Virus record (IMG/VR): IMGVR_UViG_3300025389_001063
From: a virus
Taxonomy: Duplodnaviria > Caudoviricetes
Length of the DNA: 64,000 nucleotides
Strand: one strand, 5' to 3'
Shown here: in pieces, positions 1-10,600 of the stretch
Position numbering within the stretch: position 1 is the first letter of the stretch
How the letters are laid out: each line of letters starts with the position of its first letter
Made by a program: the position numbers and the translations under genes
The notes under the pieces: model-generated
Told to the model about the DNA's origin: nothing
The model's input: only the letters and a program-made list of their open reading frames with translations
The model's database searches: none

Positions 1-1
1 A

Positions 2-1057
2 GAGTCAGCCACAGCTGGTGCTACATCTGCCGGTAATGTCGCAACTCTTAACAGAGTTATTCTTCCAGTAATTCGTCGTGTTATGCCGACAGTTATTGCT
101 AACGAACTCGTTGGCGTTCAGCCAATGACTGGTCCAGTTGGCCAGATCCATACACTTCGCGTACGTTATGCTGACACTTCATCAGGTGCTGGTGTAAACG
201 CAGGCGAAGAGGCTCTAAGCCCATTCAAAATTGCTGCTGCTTACTCAGGTAACGAAGTAAGTGCAACACCAAGAGCTAACTCAACTGCATCACTCGAAGG
301 TACAGCTGGTAAGCGTCTAAGCATCCAGATCTTAAAGCAGGTCGTAGAAGCTAAATCACGTAAGCTCAGCGCACGTTGGACTTTCGAAGCTGCTCAGGAT
401 GCTCAGGCACAACAAGGTATCGATATTGAAGCAGAAATCATGGCAGCACTTGCTCAGGAAATTACTGCTGAAATCGATCAGGAAATCCTAAGTTCACTTC
501 AAACACTTGCTGGTACAGCCGTTGAAACATACGACCAATCAGTAGTAAGTGGTGTTGCAACATTCGTTGGTGACGAACATGCTGCTCTTGCAGTTCAGAT
601 CAACCGTGTAGCTAACCTCATCGCTCAACGTACACGTCGCGGTGCTGGTAACTGGGCAGTTGTTTCTCCGTTCGCTCTAACTATCCTTCAGTCAGCAACT
701 ACTTCAGCATTTGCTCGTACTACTGAAGGTACTTTTGAGGCTCCAACAAACACCAAGTTCGTTGGTACACTCAACAGCTCAATGAGAGTTTATGTTAATG
801 CTTATGCATCAGACAGCACACCAGTTCTCATTGGTTACAAAGGTTCAAGTGAATCAGACGCTGCTGCGTTCTACTGCCCATACATTCCACTAATGTCAAG
901 CGGTGTTGTACTTGATCCATCAACTTTCGAACCAGTTGTTAGCTTCATGACACGTTACGGATATGTAGAGCTCAGCAATGCAGCTTCATCATTAGGTAAC
1001 GCTGCTGACTACCTCGGACTAGTTGGTGTAACAAACGGAACTGTAAAGTTTTCCTAA
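2..1057 (+). CDS. gp23: Major capsid protein, T4 gp23-like (5'-truncated by window edge)
   Basis: The frame is open from position 2 (ESATAGATSAGNVATLNRVILPVIRRVMP), upstream of the track's Met at 83. It has gp23 motifs GVQPMTGPVGQI, KSRKLSARWTFEAAQD, EITAEIDQEI, FYCPYIPL and FMTRYG. Confidence 0.95.
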   Translation, partial: ESATAGATSAGNVATLNRVILPVIRRVMPTVIANELVGVQPMTGPVGQIHTLRVRYADTSSGAGVNAGEEALSPFKIAAAYSGNEVSATPRANSTASLEGTAGKRLSIQILKQVVEAKSRKLSARWTFEAAQDAQAQQGIDIEAEIMAALAQEITAEIDQEILSSLQTLAGTAVETYDQSVVSGVATFVGDEHAALAVQINRVANLIAQRTRRGAGNWAVVSPFALTILQSATTSAFARTTEGTFEAPTNTKFVGTLNSSMRVYVNAYASDSTPVLIGYKGSSESDAAAFYCPYIPLMSSGVVLDPSTFEPVVSFMTRYGYVELSNAASSLGNAADYLGLVGVTNGTVKFS

Positions 1058-1082
1058 TATCTTTAGGAAACATTATAAGATC

Positions 1083-1109
1083 AGCGGGCTTTATGCCCGC
1101 TTTTCTTTT
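1083..1109 (+). terminator. Rho-independent terminator after capsid gene
   Basis: AGCGGGC-tttat-GCCCGCT stem-loop followed by TTTTCTTTT. Confidence 0.85.
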
Positions 1110-1123
1110 GACTTAAATACCAA

Positions 1124-1405
1124 ATGGACGAATTAAAGATAGAAGATCCAGAAGATTGGTATAAAGTACAAATAAAATTAAGGAAAATGCTTAGGCCTTT
1201 CCCACAATTTATTTTTGATTATAATCGTATGTGTAAGAATATAGAAGTAAAAGTAAGAGATCTTGCTGTATTAGATATTGAAGTACGAAAACATAAAGAT
1301 TCTATATACTTTCAACAATTAAGAAAAGACAAGTTGAGGGATATTAACGATACTATTAAAATGTTTTCAAAAATACTGCTAATAGCATCTTTATCCAAAA
1401 GATAA
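1124..1405 (+). CDS. Hypothetical protein (93 aa)
   Basis: ORF with TTAAATA 4 nt upstream of the ATG; no recognisable motif. Confidence 0.7.
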   Translation: MDELKIEDPEDWYKVQIKLRKMLRPFPQFIFDYNRMCKNIEVKVRDLAVLDIEVRKHKDSIYFQQLRKDKLRDINDTIKMFSKILLIASLSKR

Positions 1406-1408
1406 ATA
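1401..1408 (+). promoter_or_regulatory. T4-late-type promoter motif GATAAATA
   Basis: Matches the TATAAATA late-promoter core; lies in front of the structural operon starting at 1474. Confidence 0.65.
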
Positions 1409-1473
1409 TTATTACCGAATGGTTTATGGGGAACCCTACCCCGTAGCCCTAGAACGGCAATAAGGAGAAAAAA
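1409..1473 (+). promoter_or_regulatory. Putative structured 5' leader
   Basis: GC-rich island in AT-rich DNA with competing stems: ATGGGG(1426-31)/CCCCGT(1439-44), CCGT(1441-44)/ACGG(1454-57), GGTT/AACC. Followed by SD AAGGAG. Confidence 0.35.
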
Positions 1474-1857
1474 ATGGGACGCCCGTTATATGATGACGTA
1501 TTAGGAAATCGTTGTAGAGAATATCCTTCAGGAACAGCAACTGGTCTTAGAGTAACAGCATACATCAATGGTGGATTATATACTGATTGCTTTGTTATGA
1601 ATCAAAAAGGTGCTCGCAAATATAAAGTTTACGAGTATGCAGGAGCACAGACTGCTGTTTGTAAATTAGTAAGTGGAACTCCGGCAAATAATGGTGAGAT
1701 GCAACTCTTTGGTTATTTAGGAAGCAATTCAGGAACAAAAGTTGTTCTTTCTAAATTAGAAAAAAGATTAGCAACAGATTGGAATGGAAACCGTTATACA
1801 TGGTTCCTTGACAATGACTCAACAAACGATTATATTGTTCTAACTCAAGTTAGCTAA
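1474..1857 (+). CDS. Hypothetical protein, probably virion-associated (127 aa)
   Basis: Strong SD AAGGAG; first gene of the late structural cluster. Confidence 0.75.
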   Translation: MGRPLYDDVLGNRCREYPSGTATGLRVTAYINGGLYTDCFVMNQKGARKYKVYEYAGAQTAVCKLVSGTPANNGEMQLFGYLGSNSGTKVVLSKLEKRLATDWNGNRYTWFLDNDSTNDYIVLTQVS

Positions 1858-1866
1858 GGAATATAA

Positions 1867-3168
1867 ATGACTATACCTAATCCACCGCTAAGTTCTATAG
1901 CAACACCTCATGTTAAGAGAATTAATAATGATTACAAGTTGTCTGTTCCATTTGGTGGTAATATCTTTTTAGATACAGGTACTAATGCAGGATTAGTGTA
2001 TATCACAGGTGATTTAACTGTACAAGGTAATACTACTACAGTTAATACAACTAACATGACTATTGAGGACAATATTCTTGTCCTCAATAAAGGTGAATCA
2101 GGAAGTGGTGTAACATTATTAGAAGCAGGAATTGAAATTGATAGAGGTATTGCTTCTAATGGTAACGCACGATTACTTTGGATTGAAACTCCATATCAAA
2201 ATCCTGTAACCAATGTACAAGATCATGGTTATTTTATTTTTCAAACAAAAACAAATGGAAATCTTTCTGCTATAAAAACTAATTCAATTGAGACAAATGG
2301 TCAAAATCTTGCTTTAATAAACAGAGGAACTGGAGTTATAACAGTTACCGGAACAACTAATTATGAAAGACAAGTTTTAGATTATAATAATAATCTTTTA
2401 CCATTTGATAAAGATATTATTCCAAATATGCAAGCAGTCATTGATAAGATAAATCTTCAAATCAGTTCTAATCCTGCTAGTCAAATTAAAAAAGATGATA
2501 CAAGAATAGTTGTTTATGATAACAATATTGCTTCTTCAATCTCAAATTATGATACTGGAGGTATTCCAAATAATATTGTTACTGTAAATCATAATCTAGC
2601 AACTAATGGAGATTTAAATGTTTACGTTGGTGGTACTATTACTATCGTAAATTCGCAAATTTCAGGACTTGACGGAACTTGGACTGTTGTTACTGCTAAC
2701 TTATTAGACTTATTTTTTACAATATCTTTAACAACTACTGTTACACTTTCAAATAGACCTAACGAAGCAGATAGAATTTATGTTAATGGTTATACTAGCA
2801 GTATTATTTCTTATGTCGATGGCAATAAAATTACCGATTTTAGAAGTGGATATGTAGATATTTTTAATTTAAATTTTAGTAATACTACAATATCAACTAC
2901 ATCTGGAACAGATCTTATTCTAATTTCAGGAAGTATCGGTAGTAGTGTACAAATACAAGATGATCTAAGGTTACAACACCTTGGAGTTACTCCTACTAAT
3001 ACTTCACCAACTTATGTAAATGACTCAGTAAAAATTTATAGTGATATCGAAGGTGCAGGAAATACTGGTATATATTATGTTGGTCCTACATCTAGTCCAG
3101 GACCAGGATATAGAAGAGACGAATTGATAAGTAAGAAGAAGGCAATTGCCTTTAGCATATTAATGTAA
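1867..3168 (+). CDS. Putative virion structural/fibre protein (433 aa)
   Basis: Fibre-like motif ITGDLTVQGNTTTVNTTNMTIEDNILVLNKGE; C-terminal KKKAIAFSILM. Confidence 0.7.
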   Translation: MTIPNPPLSSIATPHVKRINNDYKLSVPFGGNIFLDTGTNAGLVYITGDLTVQGNTTTVNTTNMTIEDNILVLNKGESGSGVTLLEAGIEIDRGIASNGNARLLWIETPYQNPVTNVQDHGYFIFQTKTNGNLSAIKTNSIETNGQNLALINRGTGVITVTGTTNYERQVLDYNNNLLPFDKDIIPNMQAVIDKINLQISSNPASQIKKDDTRIVVYDNNIASSISNYDTGGIPNNIVTVNHNLATNGDLNVYVGGTITIVNSQISGLDGTWTVVTANLLDLFFTISLTTTVTLSNRPNEADRIYVNGYTSSIISYVDGNKITDFRSGYVDIFNLNFSNTTISTTSGTDLILISGSIGSSVQIQDDLRLQHLGVTPTNTSPTYVNDSVKIYSDIEGAGNTGIYYVGPTSSPGPGYRRDELISKKKAIAFSILM

Positions 3169-3178
3169 GGTAATAATT

Positions 3179-3523
3179 ATGGCAATACAAAGCATAGCAG
3201 TTAACTCATCAAATACAACAATTTTCACAGCGACAAATGATCAAATGATCGCTACAATGATTTTTTGTAATACTGCTTTACCAAATCCATTACAAATAGA
3301 TTCTAATACAACATATCTAAATGTTCATTTAGTTCCAAATGTTTCTGGTTCGGCTGGTTCTCCATCAAATACAAATTTAATAGTAAATGCATTAATGATT
3401 CCAGCAGGAGAAACTGTTTTCTTTGATACTGAAAGAATTGTTCTGCAAGCAGGTGACACTATTGTAGCAAATACAACTAGTCCAGCAGTTATTTCATGCA
3501 CAATTAGTACGGTGGCAATCTAA
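3179..3523 (+). CDS. Small beta-rich virion adaptor-like protein (114 aa)
   Basis: Pattern TTIFT..FCN..IPAGET..ERIVLQAGD is shared with 10736..11065 and with the termini of 16435..23934. Confidence 0.65.
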   Translation: MAIQSIAVNSSNTTIFTATNDQMIATMIFCNTALPNPLQIDSNTTYLNVHLVPNVSGSAGSPSNTNLIVNALMIPAGETVFFDTERIVLQAGDTIVANTTSPAVISCTISTVAI

Positions 3524-3990
3524 TGAGATTTTTAAAATCACAGAATCTAAACAAGTTTAGAAGAACTGATCGTACAGTTTCTCAAGACTTTACGGGTCGT
3601 GTTGAGATGAGATCTAATAGTACTTTGTTAGTTCCAAAAGGAAATTTAGCAGGGCGTCCACTTGCTCCTGAAAACGGACAAATTAGATATAATACAGATA
3701 TAAACGATATGGAAGTTTATGTTCAAGGAACATGGAAACAATTAAGATATAAAGAATCTACACAAATTGTTCAACAAACTCTTGGATACGGAAACTACTC
3801 ACAAACACGTTTTGGACCATTAAATCCAGTGCCGGCCGCTGGACAAAATATATTTGTTTTTGTCGAAAACGTTTTTCAAATATTTCAAGTAAACTACACA
3901 TTAATTCAATTACCTGGAGGATGGTATATAAATTTTGATGAAGCTCCTCCGTCGAAACTCATAACAGTTTTACATAATTTTGATATCTAA
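3523..3990 (+). CDS. Virion structural protein (155 aa)
   Basis: Carries the LxxPxGxxxxRP..GxIRYNTD..ExY..W motif also found in the 4034 and 7633 fibre proteins; TAATG stop/start overlap. Confidence 0.7.
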   Translation: MRFLKSQNLNKFRRTDRTVSQDFTGRVEMRSNSTLLVPKGNLAGRPLAPENGQIRYNTDINDMEVYVQGTWKQLRYKESTQIVQQTLGYGNYSQTRFGPLNPVPAAGQNIFVFVENVFQIFQVNYTLIQLPGGWYINFDEAPPSKLITVLHNFDI

Positions 3991-4006
3991 ATCTCCAAAG
4001 ATTACC

Positions 4007-4014
4007 GATAAATA
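4007..4014 (+). promoter_or_regulatory. T4-late-type promoter motif GATAAATA
   Basis: Intergenic, upstream of SD GGAG and ATG 4034. Confidence 0.65.
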
Positions 4015-4033
4015 TTAAGAACTGGAGAACTAA

Positions 4034-7000
4034 ATGTCTACACAAGTTGGCCGTATATCGGGTCCGTTGCTCAAATCAAATTTGCTACGTGACGGTGTAG
4101 ATCTAGCATTTGATACTGATTTACTTTTTTTAGATGTTGTTAATAACAGAATAGGTATTAAAAATACTTCTCCTGCTAAAGATTTACACTTAAATGGTTC
4201 TTTTTATAGTACAGGATTAATTATAGACAATTCTATAACTGTTGGTAATCTTATACTTTATGGCAATAATACTATATCAACACTTGTTGGCCCATTATAT
4301 CTATCAGCAGGATCTTTAATTACAACAAGTAATACATTAACTGCTGGGCATATCAGTATTACTACTAATCAAATTCATAATGATACTCCTGGTGAAGATT
4401 TAGAAATTGCTCCAAACGGAACAGGAAAATTATTTCTTCCATCTAATGATTTATATATTTCTGGTAGCCTACATGCTACAGGAGATATAACATTTGATAA
4501 TAATGTAATCTTTGGAGATAATACAAATCAAGACACTATAACTTTTAATGCAGATGTTAATACTCCATTACTTCCAAATGCAACATTAACTTATGATTTA
4601 GGTCAAAATTCTCCAACTTCTTTAAAATGGAAAACAGTATACCTTAACAGTTTAACAAATTATTCTTCATTAACTTCGTCGCAAGACTTAATAGTAAATG
4701 GAACTCATTTTGGAGTAATACAAGGAAAAATTTGGTATGTTGCTACAAATGGCAGTTCTGGAAATGCAGGAAATCATCCTAATTCACCTTTTAACAGTAT
4801 CCAACTAGCATTATCAAATGCATCTTACGGTGATACTGTTTATGTTTATCCAGGAACATACACTGAAACTTTTCCTTTAACAATTCCTTCTGGAGTTACA
4901 ATTAAAGGATCAGATATTAGAACTTGTATATTAGTTCCAAGCTTATTAACTAATAATCAAGATGCATTTTTACTCAATACTGATACGTCAGTTGTGAATA
5001 TTACTATTAGTAATTTTTATTATAATTCTTCTGCTAATACTGGTTATGCTTTTAAATTAGCATCTGGATTTACATTTAATAATAAATCTCCTTATATCTA
5101 CAACGTTTCTGTAATAACAAAAGGATCTATTACAAGTGCTTCAGATCCAAGAGGATTTGATACGGGAGATGCAGGTAAAGCAATTTATTTAGATGGATCA
5201 GTAGCAGATCCTTCGTCAATACAAGCAAGCATTTCTGTAGTTGATAGTACATTTATTACACCAGGTGTTGATTCTGTAACTCTAATTAACGGTGCTACAG
5301 CAGAACTTAAAAATATTTTTACTTATTACGCTAATAGAAGTTATTATGTACCACTAGGCCCTGGAAGAAATAGAACAGTCACTTTAAATACTCCTAATGA
5401 TAGTCGTCTTATAAGCAGTCCTACACAATATCGTATATCAACTGTTGATGGATCAACATCACACGGAAACTATTCTAATACACTCGATGGTGGCAATGCA
5501 TCATCTACTCCAAATTCAACTGTTAACGATAACAGTAGTATAGCAGGATCTTTTCTTTGTACACAGCGTAGTTGGGAACTAAGTGGGTATAAAGTAGGAT
5601 CTATTTTAACAAATTCTACATATTTTGTTCCAGGAACAGTAGTTACTAGTGTTCAAGGACCACAAACATCATATGGTATTTCTTATTATACTGTTTATAT
5701 TAGTAATAATCTAGTAACAGATATTCCATTTGGAACAAGTTTTAATGTAACTGGAAAAATTTATAATACTAATATAAAAAGTTTTAATTCTTCGAGTTGT
5801 TACGGAAACTACAGCGCACATGCAGACGGTTTAGGATCGTTAATAAATCTTAATAATCATATGTTCTATTATGTTGGAAGTAGAAAGAATGATTATAATG
5901 ATGATTCGTTGGTTTCACATACAACTGGTGTTCTTCAAACAAATTCTGGAAAAGTTTTTTATGTAAGTATTAACGAATCTGGTGTTCTTAATATCGGTGA
6001 TAACTTTTATATAGATGCAATTAATAAAACAACAAGTATTAATTGGTCTGTATATAATACAATTAACGAAGTTATAACAATCGATTCTTCAAATATTTCT
6101 AGTATTATTACTAGTACACAAATTACTACAGGAAATATTTTATTAACAGGAAATACTTTAGAATCTATTTCAGGATCTTTAAATTTTTCTGCTAATTCAA
6201 CTCAAACATACTTACAAAGTAATGTTTCTGCTCAAACTAATTTTTATGTTTCTGGAAATCTTAATGCACAAGGTAATGTAGTACTAGGTAGTTTATCAAC
6301 TAACAATATTATTATAAATCCTAAATTAAATCAAGATATAATACCAAAAAATGATAATTTTTATAAGTTAGGTTCTTCTTCCTCAGAATGGTTATCAGTT
6401 TGGGGTAACGATTTTCATTTATCTAGTATTGAAATTTCTGGAAGTACTATATCGACTACTATTACAAATAGTAATTTAAATTTGTTAATAAATGGAGTAG
6501 GTACAGTTTATCTAGGATCATTAAGTTTTGGTACTAGTATAACTTCTACTGATAATATTACTCTTTCAACTGGTGCAAAATCTCTAAAGATTAATAGCAA
6601 TACTGCACTAGTATTACCTAAAAATTCCACTAGTTATATTCCAAATCCAATTACACCAGGCGGAATAATATCTGAATCTGTAACTGTAAATTTAATAATA
6701 CCAAATGATTATAGATTAGCAACACCTTCTTCTTTGAATTATTTTCGAGCTACAAAAATATCATGGGAATCAAGTGGTTTAGGTATAGGATCTCCTCTAA
6801 CTAATCCATCACAATTTGCCTCCGGAACAACTATTACAAATGTTCAAGGTCCTTATAATGATTTTGGATTAGATTATTATATAATCTTTGTCAGTAATAA
6901 TCCTTTGATAGATTTTAATCCAAATGATGTTGTTTCTTCATCAATTTATTTGTTTACAGGAGCAAACTCAACAGCAAGAATTACATTAGGTGGTGTATAT

Positions 7001-7513
7001 TCTTCTGATAGACTTACTTATGTACAACTAGATCCTACAAATCAAAAAATAAACTTTAATAGTAATGGAAATACATTACTTTCGGTAAGTTCGTTAGGAT
7101 TAACTAATGTACCTGCAATACAATTTGGTACTACAACTTTATCTAATAGTTCATTTACTTCTGGAAGTTCTAATATCACATTACAAGCCAACGGAACAGG
7201 ATCAGTAAAATTTAATAGTTCTATTAAAATTAATAATAATGTTATTACTAACCTTACAAATAATCCTCTAGTATGGAATCATACAGGAACTGGATATTTA
7301 AAATTTACCGGGTCATTAGGAATAGTTATACCATCAGGAAATGTTGGAACTAGACAACCTACACCCGAAATAGGTACAACTAGATATAATTCAGACTACG
7401 GATATATGGAAGTTTATAATGGAACAGCATGGGTAGTATCTGCAGGATCGATTGTTACTAGCACATCTGACATTACCAATTTATCCGATATTTGGTCTCT
7501 AATACTAGGTTAA
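4034..7513 (+). CDS. Tail fibre/spike protein with pectin-lyase-like beta-helix region (1159 aa)
   Basis: N-terminus GRISGPLLKSNLLRDG is paralogous to 7633. Contains YVATNG..NAG..PF.SIQ.AL..A..GDTVYVYPGTY (DUF1565/beta-helix start) and a C-terminal RYN..W motif. Confidence 0.7.
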   Translation: MSTQVGRISGPLLKSNLLRDGVDLAFDTDLLFLDVVNNRIGIKNTSPAKDLHLNGSFYSTGLIIDNSITVGNLILYGNNTISTLVGPLYLSAGSLITTSNTLTAGHISITTNQIHNDTPGEDLEIAPNGTGKLFLPSNDLYISGSLHATGDITFDNNVIFGDNTNQDTITFNADVNTPLLPNATLTYDLGQNSPTSLKWKTVYLNSLTNYSSLTSSQDLIVNGTHFGVIQGKIWYVATNGSSGNAGNHPNSPFNSIQLALSNASYGDTVYVYPGTYTETFPLTIPSGVTIKGSDIRTCILVPSLLTNNQDAFLLNTDTSVVNITISNFYYNSSANTGYAFKLASGFTFNNKSPYIYNVSVITKGSITSASDPRGFDTGDAGKAIYLDGSVADPSSIQASISVVDSTFITPGVDSVTLINGATAELKNIFTYYANRSYYVPLGPGRNRTVTLNTPNDSRLISSPTQYRISTVDGSTSHGNYSNTLDGGNASSTPNSTVNDNSSIAGSFLCTQRSWELSGYKVGSILTNSTYFVPGTVVTSVQGPQTSYGISYYTVYISNNLVTDIPFGTSFNVTGKIYNTNIKSFNSSSCYGNYSAHADGLGSLINLNNHMFYYVGSRKNDYNDDSLVSHTTGVLQTNSGKVFYVSINESGVLNIGDNFYIDAINKTTSINWSVYNTINEVITIDSSNISSIITSTQITTGNILLTGNTLESISGSLNFSANSTQTYLQSNVSAQTNFYVSGNLNAQGNVVLGSLSTNNIIINPKLNQDIIPKNDNFYKLGSSSSEWLSVWGNDFHLSSIEISGSTISTTITNSNLNLLINGVGTVYLGSLSFGTSITSTDNITLSTGAKSLKINSNTALVLPKNSTSYIPNPITPGGIISESVTVNLIIPNDYRLATPSSLNYFRATKISWESSGLGIGSPLTNPSQFASGTTITNVQGPYNDFGLDYYIIFVSNNPLIDFNPNDVVSSSIYLFTGANSTARITLGGVYSSDRLTYVQLDPTNQKINFNSNGNTLLSVSSLGLTNVPAIQFGTTTLSNSSFTSGSSNITLQANGTGSVKFNSSIKINNNVITNLTNNPLVWNHTGTGYLKFTGSLGIVIPSGNVGTRQPTPEIGTTRYNSDYGYMEVYNGTAWVVSAGSIVTSTSDITNLSDIWSLILG

Positions 7514-7524
7514 TTTACCCTCTG

Positions 7525-7532
7525 GATAAATA
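7525..7532 (+). promoter_or_regulatory. T4-late-type promoter motif GATAAATA
   Basis: Intergenic, about 100 nt upstream of ATG 7633. Confidence 0.6.
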
Positions 7533-7632
7533 TTATTAACGCCGGACAATACCAACAAAGTCTGGATGTCTAAACTGTGGAAACCCGCAATGTAAGGTGG
7601 TTAGCCGTGAAACTCGGTGGTGAGGAGCGTTG
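7533..7632 (+). promoter_or_regulatory. Putative structured 5' leader
   Basis: GC-richer 100-nt leader with hairpins CCGGAC/GTCTGG, TGTGG-aaac-CCGCA and CCG-tgaaact-CGG, ending next to SD GAGGAG. Confidence 0.35.
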
Positions 7633-10600
7633 ATGACGGTCGTTGGTCGTATCTCAGGCCCGCTCTTAAAAGCAAATCTTCTCCGAGATGGAGTTAATTT
7701 AGCTTTTGAGACTAGCCTTCTTTATTTAGACGTTAATAACCGACGCATTGGTATCAATACCAGTTCACCTACACACGATTTACATGTAAACGGAACATTA
7801 AGAACTACTAACATTGATGGATTAACTTCTCTCACTGTTGGGGCAAATTTTCTTCTAAGCGGAAATACTTTATCAACTAGTGGATCAACACTAACACTAA
7901 GTTCAACATCTGGTGGAGTTATCTATCAAAATAACTTAACAGTAAGTGAAATTAATATTCAATCAAATATTATTTCAACAAATACTACAAATACAGATTT
8001 ACAATTAGTAGCTAACGGAACAGGAAAAATTTCAGTTTATTCTGATATGCTTGTTCAAGGAAATATACATGCTACAGGTAATATTACTGCTGATGGTAAT
8101 ATTATTATTGGTAATCAACCATCAGATATCGTAACTTTTAATGCAGATATTGCTAGTAATATTATTCCTAAGACAACAAACACTTATGATTTAGGATCAA
8201 CATCAAATCGTTGGAATAATCTATGGACTAATACAATTAATGCTAATACCATTAGCACAACTAGTTTAACAATAAACGGTATTAACATTTTACAAGGACA
8301 AGGAAATATTCTCTATGTTGCTACAAATGGTAGTAATTCTAACAACGGTATTTCTCAAAATAGTCCATATGCAACACTACAATATGCTTTATCACAAGCA
8401 ACTTCTGGAACTACAGTTTACATATATCCAGGAACTTATCAAGAAATATTACCTTTATCTATACCTTCTGGAGTTTCTATTAAAGGTATTGAACCAAATA
8501 CTGTTATAATTACTCCGACACCTTCTACAAGCAGTAATGACGTATTCTTAATAGATGGGCAAACAACTGTTGAAGATTTAACAATAAAGAATTTTTATTA
8601 TAATTCCTCTGCAAATACAGGATACGCTTTTAAATTAAAAAATGGATTTAAAGTAACAACAAAATCACCTTATATTAGAAATGTTTTTGTTATTACATCT
8701 GGATCTGTTACAAGCAACTCAGATCCTAAAGGATTTTTAACTGGAGATGCAGGTAAAGGAATATATTTTGATGGATCAGTTGCTGATTCAACTAGCAATT
8801 ATGTTTCTTGCTTAGTAGATAGCACTAATTTTATAACTCCAGGTGTGGATAGTATAACCGCAACAAACGGTGTTCGTTTAGAAATTGTAAATTCAAATAC
8901 ATATTATAGTAATAGAGGAATTTATGCTTATGTTTCCTCATCACAAGGTCGCGCTGGCAATGCATACACAGTTCTTAGAGTTAGTGGTGCAACAGGATCT
9001 TATAGTGTTGGAAGTACTATAAGTTATTATGTAAGTGGATCAGTAGTAGCTACCGGAACTATCTATTCAATAGGAACAGATGGAAAAATATATATTTCTG
9101 GATATTCTCCTGGATTTGTTCAAGCAACAACTGTTAATGGAATTTTACAAACACAAGATATTAGATTTAGTACTGGAGCAACTGCTCAATATATAACTTT
9201 AGCAGATTATAGAAATTTTGGAGCAGAAATTAGAGCAGTAGGTTCTGGAAACTTCTACGGAAATTATGGTGTAGTTGGTAACGGAATTGGTGTTTATATT
9301 GATCTTTTAACACAGAGTGTTTTTTATGTTGGTTCTGGAAATAATGATAGCAATGATCCAACAACAGCAATTCAAGCAAATGAAATTGTAAGTCTTAATA
9401 ATGCTCTTATAGTTTATACTGATACTAATCACAATGGTGATTTTAGAGTAGGTGGTCTTTTTTATGTAAATCAAGAAACTAATGATGTTGCATTTAATAA
9501 TGTTAATCTTAGAGTTAATGGACCATACGGCATAACATTAGTTAATGGATCTAATTCGTCAAGTATTACTCCTTATCAAATTACTACAGGAAATTTAACA
9601 GTAGCAAATAATACAATTAGTAGTACATCAGGTAACATTAATCTTAGTGCAGCTAATAATACTATTAATTTACAAAATGATACTTATGTAACAGGTTCTT
9701 TAACTGTTTCAGGTACTACAAATATAAACGGAAATATAACACTTGGATCATCGTCTTCAAATACAATAAATTTCGTTGGCAGCATAGCAAGTGATCTTAT
9801 TCCTTTAGCAAATAATACTTATAATTTAGGTAATTCTTCATATTCGTGGAGTAATATATACGCTAAAACTGCAAATATATCAAATGTTAATATAACCAAT
9901 AATAATATTCAAACAATTTCTACAGGTTCGAATCTTTATTTGAGTGGAAACGGAACTGGATCTGTTAATATTGGTAGTTTTAGTATAAATCAAAATACTA
10001 TTTCTGTATCTTCTAGCAATGATTTTATCATTACACCTGGTACAGGTAAAATAGTTAATATATCTTCAACAGGATCATTACAATTACCATCTGGAACAAG
10101 TTTACAAAGACCTACTGCTGTAGCAGGGATGATCCGTTACAATACTGATAATCATAATTATGAAGGTTATAATGGTTCTAATTGGATTGTATTAAATGGA
10201 TTATATGATGTCGCTCAGACAACTTATATAACACCAGAATTAACACCTGGAGCAGGTGATCAAACATTCCGTTTTTATATAGGTAATACACAAGTTGCAG
10301 ATTTAAATTCTACAAGATTTAATGTTAATGGAGTTACTGTTGGTAATACATACATCAGTAACAACGTTATAGGAACTACATCAAATACAGATTTAACTAT
10401 TAATTCATCATCTGGAAATATTAATATAGAATATTTTCGAATAAATGGTAGTTCAATTACTAATACTGTTTCCAATAGTATTACAACTATTTCACAAAGC
10501 GGAACAGGATATTTTAAAATAAGTGGTACTGGTGGTTTTGTTATACCTTCTGGAAACAGTCTAGGAAGACCTTCAGTACCAGAAATAGGTTTTTCCAGAT

